Part shown: one piece after another, positions 54,113-64,000 of the stretch
How positions within the stretch are numbered: position 1 is the stretch's first letter
Layout: each line of letters begins with the position of its first letter
The notes under the pieces: generated by a model
What the model was told of the DNA's origin: nothing
Seen by the model: only the letters and a program-made list of their open reading frames with translations
The model's database searches: none
Source: Sphagnum compactum
Taxonomy: Eukaryota
Assembly: GCA_965153455.1 (NCBI GenBank)
Contig: OZ234493.1
Span: 11,522,213 to 11,586,212 of the forward strand
Reading direction: 5' to 3'
Length of the DNA stretch: 64,000 nt
Made by a program: the position numbers and the translations under genes

Positions 54113-57100
54113 ATGGAGTCCATGCTGAAGCCGATGCGGAGCGGGGACCAGGACGTGTTGGACAAGGATGCCAGTGTCACCCCTCAGGAGGTGTAAACGA
54201 TACTTACGGGGAAGATGCCGCAACTCAGGATGTCGCTATCACTCCCTGGGCACGCTTGGTTGCAAGGTTCGTTTGATATATAATTTACTTGCTTCTTATT
54301 GTTTCTGTTACAATAATATTGCTGCTACACAAGATCCAGACGAGTGAGCTATATTATCATCATGTGTTTTCAGAAGCAGAATGAAGGCCAATTAAAGTCT
54401 ACTACATTGATCCATTAGGGTTTCCAATTTCACGTCAGAGCGCAATAGAGTCTGCTCAGACACCTACCATCTGTAGACATGAGTGCATGTTTTTGTGTTG
54501 TCTGGATTCTAGATTGAATATTGATCCAGATCTACTACCTCTACTACATTGATCCATTAAGGTTTTGAATTTCCAAATCAGGGCGCAATGGAATCTGCTC
54601 AGATACAATCTGTAGACATGCATGCATGTTTTTTGTGTCTGGATTCTTGGCTGAATATTGATCCAGATCTACTACGTCTACTACATTGATCCATTAGGGT
54701 TTCCAATTTCACATCAGAGCGCAATAGATCTGCTCAGATACCATCTGTAGACATGCATGCATGTTTTTGTGTGTGGATTCTGGACTGAATGATATTGATC
54801 CAGATCTGGTGAAACCATTTGATGATTTGAGCAGTGGACTGGAGCTACTCAGGAACCCCAAGTATAACAAAGGAACTGCCTTCACTGAGGAGGAACGAGA
54901 TCTTCACTACTTGCGTGGCCTTCTTCCACCAGCTGTATTCACCCAAGATCTCCAAGTATGCCATCAATGTCCCTCACACACATATACACGTGCACACACA
55001 CACACACACACACTCTTGTCTGTGAAATTCTTATATAACTGCAGGTATAAATTCTTTGCAGCTGTACACATCTGCTGGTGGGAAGGCTGCTGACAAAGTC
55101 TAGTTTCATACCAATTGAACCAGTTCTGTTCTTTTCCCCCACCCCAGTTGTAGGGTTTCTAGGGTTTGTTTGATCTATTGATTCTGTTTTTCTGTGGTCT
55201 CTTTGCTACGGTTCATATTGAAGTGCCTCTTGGACATGTTGGACCTTGCATCGTATGGCAGATGGAACGCATACTGAACAATTTGAGGCAATATGAAACT
55301 CAGTTGGAGAAGTACGTGGACATAATGGACCTTCAGGTGCAAGATTGACTGAGACCAATGTATTTGTTTCTTCTGAATGTCCTTGACTCCTCGACTTGCA
55401 CTTCAGTATCTCCCTTTGCATTTTCTGGCACTGGTTTGATTGGTATTATACCTTCTGATGTTGGAGGCCACAGACAACATTCATAGATTCTGGTTGTCAT
55501 TTTTTATTTGATATTCATTAGACATTTGGTGCTACAGGAAAACCTAAGGTTGGCTGAAATTGACCATTGGCATGTTGGATCAATTGTGTGAGACTGGCAG
55601 GAAAGAAATGAGAGACTGTTTTACAGGGTATTGATTGAACATGTGGAGGAAATGCTGCCAATTGTTTATACACCAACCGTTGGAGAAGCATGCCAGAAAT
55701 TTGGCAGCATCTTTCGGCGTCCAAATGGCATATATGTCAGCCTGAAAGACAAGTAAGTGCATCCTTGAACCCAACACTTAAAATTGTGGAAGTTGTGAAG
55801 AAAGACAGTAAAGGAGTGCAATTAGCAAGTCCCCATCGAAGCAGTGAAATATTTGTGAATTATGCATGGGTTAGAGGTTCTTAGCCTCAGAGCTTCCATT
55901 CTAATGAATCCCCTACTGACTGCATTGTTATACTTCATAGGGGTAAGGCGCTGGATATATTGAAGAACTGGCCAGAAAAGGATGTGGAGGTCATTGTTGT
56001 AACTGATGGTGAACGCATCCTTGGACTTGGTGATCTCGGAGTCCAGGTGCCACTTTCTGCTGTCTCTCTCTTTCACCCTGAGTTTTTCCCTTATGCACTG
56101 CATTTCTCTTAAGGTTACGTTGGAGCAGTATTCCACCATTGACTTCGATTAGAGCTATGTCTTGGTTTGAGTCAGTTGGGAAATTACAAGCACAATCGAT
56201 GAACAGGCCAAGCCTCAATGGATGGATAGTGTCCAAGTTTGTTTGCCTCTTTGAATCTTTCAGGGGGGCTCTAAATGGTTTCATGAAGAGTAATGGCCAT
56301 TGAATTTTGAAGCTCCACGCAGCAGTCATTAAGCATATATCCAGAAAGCAAGTTGACAATAGATTTTCTTGTGTTGAGGGGCAGTGCAGCCACACTGATG
56401 TGCACTGTCAGTGAACTAAGATTATTATGGTACAAACATGTCAACAGAGAGATGTCACATGGTAGGTCTCTATACAAACCACTCTCTCACATGATAGGTA
56501 CTTGGATTGGTTGGAATGACAGGGCATGGGAATTCCAATTGGAAAGCTGGCACTCTATGTAGCACTGGGTGGCATCAGACCATCCACTGTAAGTATAACC
56601 CAATTTAGATTTGTGATGTTGCAAGCTTAGGGTGTGTGTGTATAGGCCAGTGATGATGACAAGAGATTGTGCTTAACTATGAATTTGTCCAGAACATAGG
56701 CTCCAAGTACTGTTGAGGAGTTTTGTGTGAAGTGTGGAAACAACTTAGGGGACTCAAGAAGAATTGCTACATTGTGGTGGTCTGTAGACACTTCCAGTGA
56801 CAATTGATGTGGGTACCAACAATGATTCTCTACTAAACAATCCTTTCTACATTGGATTGCGCCAGAAGCGTGCCACAGGCCAGGTTTTCATCTCCTTTTG
56901 CATGATTCATTCTCCCCACTTGTCCTTTCTTTAGCTCCAGACCTGTTTGAGGTACCAAAACCAAGAATATCGATCTATAGATATAGATGCTAGCCACAGC
57001 CAGGGTGACTAAGAACCTTTTTCCAGGTCCATAAGGGCAAGCCTTAGGACTGTTGCTTTCTCAAGTGGGCTCTGAGTAAATATTGGTAAAGAATGACTCA

Positions 57101-60100
57101 GGAGAGAGAGGGTTTTGCTGGACAAAATGTTCTAATCTACACTCACCAAAAATGTCCCTTGCATGCACAGGAGTATGATGATCTGATCCATGAATTCATG
57201 ATGGCTACCAAGCAAGCGTATGGAGAGAAAGTCCTTGTCCAGGTGATGCATCTGAATGTTGATCTCTTGTCAAAAAATAGTGGGAAGGAATAAGGTTTTA
57301 CTGTTGTTGAAGTGACCTTTTGAGTATTGAGTAACAGTCTGCTCAGCCCCCATGCTTGATGAAGTCTATTTCAAACCTAGTTCTTGAGTTGATCCAGTTA
57401 GGACAGAGAGAATTGGACTCTCCCTATGGACCTGCCTCACTTGATCTACCACAACAATAAGTGATATGAGCATGAAACTTACTTGTCATCTTAATGTTCA
57501 ATATGTGGATTGCTGAAAGTTAGAATGCAGGAAAGGACAATCTTCATGTTTGTCCACTCTGTGAGATTGTTGAGATAGCATGGAACTTGGATGCTCATGG
57601 GATGCTGAGATGAAGGAATTGTCAAACTAGATATGTTGAAGTTTGGGTTTACCCATTGACTCATATAGCTGGAGTATATAACCTTTGGTGCATCCTAAAA
57701 CACCTGACACAGGGGGATCATTCTGCTTGTACTTAATTTTCTGACATTGCACTTCCATTGTCTAATGGACATGCAATACAGTTTGAAGATTTTGCAAACC
57801 ATAATGCATTTCGATTGCTGGCGAAGTACAGTGCAACCCATCTTGTATTCAACGATGACATCCAGGTGGTTGATTTGCTCTTTCCTCATTTCAAGATTTT
57901 TCATTTACATCATCCTGTTAGATGGGTTCACACAGTGCAAAAACCAAGCTTTTTCACAATCCTTGTCAAGCTATTCTGTTCATTGATGTTTCCTTCAAAA
58001 GAGCCATCTGGAAACATACTGTGGAGCATCAGGATGATCTGATGATTATCTTGACTGCTTGAGCAGGGAACAGCAGCAGTGGCACTGGCAGGACTCCTGG
58101 CAGCCTTGCATTTAACAGGAGGCACACTTTCAGATCACAAATATCTCCTCGTTGGGGCTGGTGAGGTAGGTGGAAAGGTTGTGCCAATTTCTCAGTGAAG
58201 TTCACAGCTGAGTAAGTTTTATCTGTTTGATGTGCTTTAGTACAATGTCTTCTTTGTTTGTAGAACTAGGGAAAGATCCCTGTGTACCTGAGTAGCTGAG
58301 GGATAACTGAAGTTTCAGCTGTGGAACCTAGTATCAGTTTTTCAGTGGGAGATACTTCGATGTGTCATGTTGGAATGCAGGCAGGAAGTGGCATTGCAGA
58401 GATATTGGCATTGGAAATTAGTAGACAAGAAAACAAATCAGTGGATGAAGCACGGAAGAGAATCTGGCTCATGGACTCAAAGGTAATTCTTATTCCATAT
58501 CTGCACGTATTTTTCCAAACATGTACAGTCTTGGTCTCCCAGCTTGACCTCTACTTGCAGTATCTCTCATAAAACTGTGTCTGTGGTCACAAAGCAAAGT
58601 CCTCTAAAGCCTTCTTTCTTTGCCTCTTTCTTTCTGTAAAGTTAACCTTCAGAGCTATTCTCTTGTTACTCCCTTTAACCTTCCCTAACTGTTGGAAGGT
58701 TGCATTTGTATCCTCAGGGACTGGTCACAAAGGCACGGTATGAGTCACTGCAAGAATTCAAGAAACCACTTGCTCATGAGCATCCGCCCTGCTCTACCCT
58801 AGTTTCTGCCATCAAGGTATAGTTGATCTTCTCTTCCCAAGCTTTCATCTTTCTGCTCTTTACTCTTTATGTGTGAAGATCTACTATAGAACCATGGCCT
58901 AAAACTAGTAGGCAAATGTGTTAGCATGATGTGCACGCTACTTGGCCTACCCCTACCAAGGCACCCATACATCAGATGTAATAGCAGGCTCTAATTTTGG
59001 AGCTTCTAATTTTGCGTTTGAATGTGACTCTGTGATCAGGCAATCAAACCTACAGCGCTCATTGGGACATCTGGACAGTTTGGTGCCTTCACCAAGGAAG
59101 CACTGGAAGAATTGTCTGCATACCAGGATGTGAAAACTGGACATTACTTTTTCTGTTGGTTGCGTTTATGAGGCACTCTTTGCCAGTTTGCAGTGGAGAT
59201 GCTCTTAGGGCTGTACTTTAGCAGCCCAGCATTCTGTTACTGTACTCACCAGATGTGACCAGATCACAAATAACTCTCTGGGTTGGATATGTTTTGCAGT
59301 TACCAATTGTTTTTGCACTTTCAAATCCAACATCTAAGTCTGAGTGCACAGCAGAGGAGGCTTTCATGTACACCAAGGTTCTTCCTTTCTTATAGCCTGT
59401 CAAACATGGCTCTTCATGAAGCCACAAGAGCCTGTAAAATGAAACTATAAACAGTTTCTACGGCAGGTATTGGATAGCATATTGTTCAAGCTTTGATTCT
59501 CACAAGCAGTTCCAATGTATTGTCATATCATTGTTTTCTCCTTCTTGAAGAATTTGGTCATCTGCAATCACTTCTAGTTCTAATGGACATGTGTGTCAGG
59601 CCACATTGTGAAGAACAAGAATGAGTCATATATGGAAAAGAAATTCTCTTCATGATGGGGGGTGCTACTTCCTTGTGCACTGAATTGTGATGCATAACTT
59701 GAATGATTTGCAGGGAAAGTGTTTATTTGCAAGTGGGAGTCCATTTCCTCCTGTCACTTATGGAGACAAAACATTTGTCATAGGCCAGGTATGATGCATT
59801 ATTGAGGTTTCTGTGCACTCTATGCAGTCAAGAGCATAGGATGAAGAGTTCGCACACTGCCAATGCTGTTTGGTTGTCAAGAAGAAAGTAACCTAAGGCA
59901 ATGCTTTTTGAGAGTAGAGTGTTCTTTGAACAAGTATCTTGAAAGCAAATCTATATTTCTTATGTGATGACAACATAATTTGTTGAGGATCAGTTGGTTC
60001 ATGCTCACCATGTTTTACATGCAGTCAAACAACTGTTACATTTTCCCAGGCATAGGTCTTGGCTGTGTCATCTCAGGAGCAATTCGAGTTCATGACGATA

Positions 60101-61358
60101 TGTTCCTGGCAGCAGGTACGAAGGTTCATGTTTCTTTTCAGCATAAGGAATTTGCAACTATCAGTGATTTTCTTTCTTGCTAAAAGTATGAGATTTGACA
60201 CCATTCCACTGATTTCTGCTAGTTACTTACAAGGAATGGTGGATGTTGTTGGGGAGCAGCTGAAGCATTAGCTGCACAAATTAGGCCAGAACATCTTGAG
60301 AAGAGGCAATTGTACCCATCCTTCAAAGAAATCCGAAACATATCTGCCCACGTTGGTGCAGCAGTGGCTGCCAAGGCATACCAGCTTGGTACGATCACAC
60401 CCATTACTGTATCTTATATATAATTACAAACATGGTGTCTGTGCGTCTGTCTGTCTTTGATGAATGAATTTTTTGGATGATGGTGGTGAAGGTGGTAGTT
60501 ATTCGTCCAAACCCTCTAACTGCTGCTGCTCAGTGTTTCTGATTGGCCCATCATAATCACTGGTCCATGTGGGGCGGGGGGGCCAGCAGGGGGGGCCAGC
60601 AGGGGTGGGGGGGGCCAGTAGGGGGGGGCCAGCACGGGTGGCCCCCCATCATAATCACTGGTCCATGTGGGGTGGGGGGGGCCAGCAGGGGGGGCCAGCA
60701 GGGGTGGGGGGGTCAGCACGGGGGGGGGGGCACGGGCGGGGAAGGACCGGGCCTCGGTCTCATGTCCCTGGGTAACAAAACCATGGCCTTTGTTGGGCAG
60801 GGGAGTGAAGGGAGGTGTTTTTTTTTCTTTTTTTTTTTTCGTTTTTTTTGGGTGCTCCCTCCTTTTCTTGGGGGTGGCTGGAGTGGCGTAGCCACGGGTT
60901 ACCTACACTCGTCATAAGAACGACTATGCTTCTCATCCCTACCTGGTTTTCAGTTTGTTCTTAATGACTGGCAACAATTATTGATACTCTTGAGACCAGG
61001 TTCAGACCTGTAACTATGTGTAGGATACATCACTCTCTGGGCCAGTAAAGACATATGATTGACTTTTGATTGGTTGGTCACTATAATTGGCCCATGGGAT
61101 GACAATTAAACCAGCCTCAACTAACACCATCCACGATTTCATGTTTATGTCTGGGGATGGGGAAATAAAATGCACACCATTTTGGACATGGTAGACAATT
61201 GTAGTGGCCCACATACCAGGCGTGGGTGGATCTGCTCTGATATTTGCATGTTTATTTCAATGTGTGCAGGCTTGGCCACTCGACTGCCACAGCCAAAGGA
61301 CCTTTTCTCATATGCGAAGGGATGCATGTATACCCCAACCTACCGTCGATATCGGTAG
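54113..61358 (+). CDS. NADP-ME: NADP-dependent malic enzyme (~592 aa if the 1-nt frameshift in exon 1 is corrected; 18 exons)
   Basis: Exons 54113-54266, 54835-54955, 55262-55336, 55601-55752, 55941-56046, 56523-56588, 56788-56883, 57171-57242, 57782-57865, 58067-58165, 58381-58482, 58718-58816, 59040-59129, 59300-59377, 59714-59788, 60025-60115, 60260-60388, 61270-61358. Motifs [70 protein letters not shown]. The exons sum to 1778 nt, one short of a codon multiple. Confidence 0.93.
54398..54807 (+). repeat. Three tandem ~140-bp units filling NADP-ME intron 1
   Basis: Units start TCTACTACATTGATCCATTAGGGTTT at ~54398, 54540 and 54677 and end ATATTGATCCAGATCT. Confidence 0.9.
60412..60911 (+). 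mobile_element. Non-autonomous Helitron-like element in the last NADP-ME intron
   Basis: 5' end A|TCTTATATATAATTACAAACATGGTGTCTGTGCGTCTGTCTGTC. 3' end GGGTGGCTGGAGTGGCGTAGCCACGGGT..ACACTCG|T, near-identical to the 3' end of the 14309 element. The G-rich interior carries a ~95-bp duplication. Confidence 0.8.
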
Positions 61359-62548
61359 GAGTCACCATCCTGTTGGTAGACTAAGATGGAGATTATGACC
61401 TTTGTGGAGGGTGGCAGTATTTCTGACCTCATGCAAGTTGGCACTATTGATGGTGAGACAAGCATCATGTAAACAAGAGATGGCTTGCATTGTATAGAAC
61501 TGTTCTATAAGTGCACTGATGTTGTGCATTGGGAATGGGTGACAAGACTACCAAAGGGGTACCATGCTTGATCTTGCAAACAATGTACATGCCCAAATCT
61601 CACTAGTATCCTACTCTAGATCAGGAGGTGGATAAGTACTAATTTATGTTTCATTCCAGGAGCTTATCAGTGAAGTAAGACTGGAATTCCACAGTTTTGA
61701 GATGAAACCTGACAGCTCCAAACCTCCTGCAAGCATTTTGCTCCAAATGAAAAAGTAAGAAGAAAATGCAAAGAAACAAGATGGAGAGAGTAAGAGCAAG
61801 ATCTTCAGAGAACTCTAGACAAAAGTACAAACATTATGTGCATAATCAAGGTCATTGACAATACATATGGTTTTCAAGGGGGGAGAATACCCACCAGTTA
61901 GTTCAGTACCACTAACTACACTCGGTTGCTATACTGAGATTTTCTATAATCAAGCAGATACAAGAAACTTTCAACTTGATCCAGATCCACTGTTAGAAAC
62001 ACCCTCCTGCCATCTCCACCACATCGCCAGCAGGATTTATCAAATTGAAGCAGTACCTATCAATCCAATTTACATCCGCAGCAGTCTGATGCAATCTATT
62101 GTAACTGAGTGTATAATCTTTCTTGGGAAAGTTCAAAAGTGAGAGTTGCTGTAAACCTTTCACACCACACAGTCAACACGGTGATGCTGAAAAGAAATCG
62201 ATGATACTTCACTTATGTTCTTGTTTTGAATGCCTCCAGCTTTTGTAGATGTGGTCCTTGTTCACATGCCACAGATAAACAATGAACAAGTGTCTGCCTG
62301 AAGTAACCTAAAAGTAAGCTCCAAAGACTATCATCCCTTTAGCTCAAAGAATTCAAGTTTGACCCTGAAGCAAGCAAGTAAACCCCTTTAAACATCACAA
62401 GAGGCACAGAATGGATAGAATAGCCTCAAAACTTACAGTTGTTCCTACATGGGGCGCTCTGCCGTGCCTAATACACAATACTAAGAATCCGCCTGCATAA
62501 GAATTGATCACAAAGCATAGTACTCAGAGAATCTTGCACAAAACCAGG

Positions 62549-63350
62549 TCAGAGCTTTGAAGGCTTTGGGAAGATGTCGGGTGTGAATTTCTGGGCAGCA
62601 CTCATGCTTCCTTTGATCTTCATCTTACCCCTGCGGCCCAAATACACAGACTCTCTAATCAGGTTTCTTTGACTTTAAAACAGGACTCCTGAATTATAGA
62701 CATATTGAGCCTCAACCCTTGTTGAATTTTTCATAAAGAAAGCATTTCACACAAAATACTCTTTGCAGAACTGTGGCTGCTACAATTGATCAGAGGCACA
62801 ATTCACAAAACAAGTATGGGACACCTCAATAAGTTTGAACCACAGGAATGAAAACAGTAGCTCCCTTTCTATACCTGATAAAGGCCATTTGAGGGTTCAT
62901 GGAGCCAGAGGACACAGCCATGAAATCAGCGTCTGCAAATGAAAAAGTTGCATCTGGTTTTCCCTCAAACTTCCCTGCAACAACGACATGCCCATCAATT
63001 CCATAGCGGAGGAACCTGACACCATACATACATATCTCATGTATTCAAAACACTGCCACCACCTCCACCACAGAAAACATTTTCAAAAGCAGGTCAAAAC
63101 CATCACCTGCATTCAAGTCATTGAAATTGACAAAACAGGAGATAATCTACAATTGTATATCAAGCAGATCACCAAGCCTCAAAGTGCAAACAAGCACGCA
63201 ATAGTCCATGCACATTAGGGACTGATTGCAATACTGAGATTGATTGCAACACTGATTGCAATACCCGAGATTCACAATAGGAGTCACACCTTTGTACACC
63301 TTCAAGTTCTTGAGATCCACCACAAAGCTTTCCTCATTGACTCCTATTTT
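62549..63350 (-). CDS. SCP2: Sterol carrier protein-2, peroxisomal (partial: last three exons; 5' exon not found, probably beyond the window)
   Basis: Exons 63350-63290 (KIGVNEESFVVDLKNLKVYK), 62974-62875 (GKFEGKPDATFSFADADFMAVSSGSMNPQMAFIR) and 62630-62549 (GKMKIKGSMSAAQKFTPDIFPKPSKL*). GT-AG introns with consistent phases; C-terminal PTS1 SKL. Closely matches the plant SCP2 sequence as I recall it. Confidence 0.92.
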
Positions 63351-64000
63351 CTGTCCACAGATCAAGCCGTAAAGGAATCTTCAATACTGGGGTGAAAAAC
63401 CATGCTTGTGGAAAAGTTTCAAGATCATAATTATTAGGAAAGAATGTTGTTGTGCATGTGAAGAGAAAACAGCAGTAGATTTCCAGACTGTCAATCAACA
63501 GGATCCAGAGACACCGTTTCCCTACAGGAAAAGGTTCCTCTGGTCAGGCAAACTAAAAGCAGGAAACACTATCTAATGGACCAGAAAAGAATGTCCCCGC
63601 CAAGACTTTAGACCGAAAAGAGTTCCACAAGGACAAAAGGAGTTCATTCGTCCACAGAATTACCCTAGGAGAGAGAGATTTAAGACAACCTGTGCTGCAG
63701 AGCTCACATCTAAGAACCCCGCAGTCAAAAAGAGACACACTCTACATTGTCAAGATCCTCCAGAATCTCGTGACAGACACACAAGGCAATTGAAGAGCCT
63801 TATCATGTGTTCAGATGATTCGTTCCTAAATGCTACTACGACGAAACCAAGAGATGTCACAGAATTGAACACCGATCAATTTTTGGCGAATACGTACACC
63901 ATCTGCCAAGGTTCTTCTGCTCCTGGCATAAATTGTGTTTAAGAAAAAAATCAAGAGATAAAAAGAGAAGGAGACGACAGAAGAGATAGAGAAACGAGAG

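Noticed and set aside
54179..54196. Programmed -1 ribosomal frameshift or a tiny intron as the explanation for the NADP-ME exon 1 defect
   Set aside because: There is no canonical slippery heptamer. The GT..AG candidate I tested (54155-54187) is 33 nt and would not change frame. Kept only as a remote alternative.
60516..60917. Pro/Gly-rich ORFs resembling extensin or glycine-rich proteins
   Set aside because: Translation of G/C runs inside an intronic transposon; non-ATG starts and no supporting gene structure.
63360..64000. First exon of SCP2
   Set aside because: No sequence encoding the expected N-terminal segment was found. The short MPGAEEPW.. ORF does not match, so the region is treated as intron.

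Overview
AT-rich eukaryotic land-plant DNA with spliceosomal GT-AG introns. A moss such as Sphagnum is likely from the repeat landscape and gene style, but that is inference only. Four intron-containing genes can be assembled by hand. (1) A type I protein arginine methyltransferase, PRMT1-like (+, 16274-19789, 9 exons including an 11-nt microexon). (2) A PIP2-type aquaporin (+, 37719-40257) whose loop-D gating His is replaced by Phe. (3) An NADP-malic enzyme (+, 54113-61358, 18 exons), intact except for an apparent 1-nt frameshift in exon 1. (4) The last three exons of a peroxisomal sterol carrier protein-2 (-, 62549-63350, C-terminal SKL). The intergenic DNA is mostly decayed or nested transposons: a solo LTR (5-bp TSD) interrupted by a non-autonomous CACTA element (3-bp TSD), a 4.7-kb hAT element with an 8-bp TSD, decayed DDE transposases, MITE/foldback elements, and two related small Helitron-like elements, one with three stacked 5' termini. 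I found no clearly new multi-gene system. The best leads are the malic enzyme frameshift, the non-canonical aquaporin gate, the Helitron family and the microexon. Most entries in the short-ORF track are spurious or are exon fragments.
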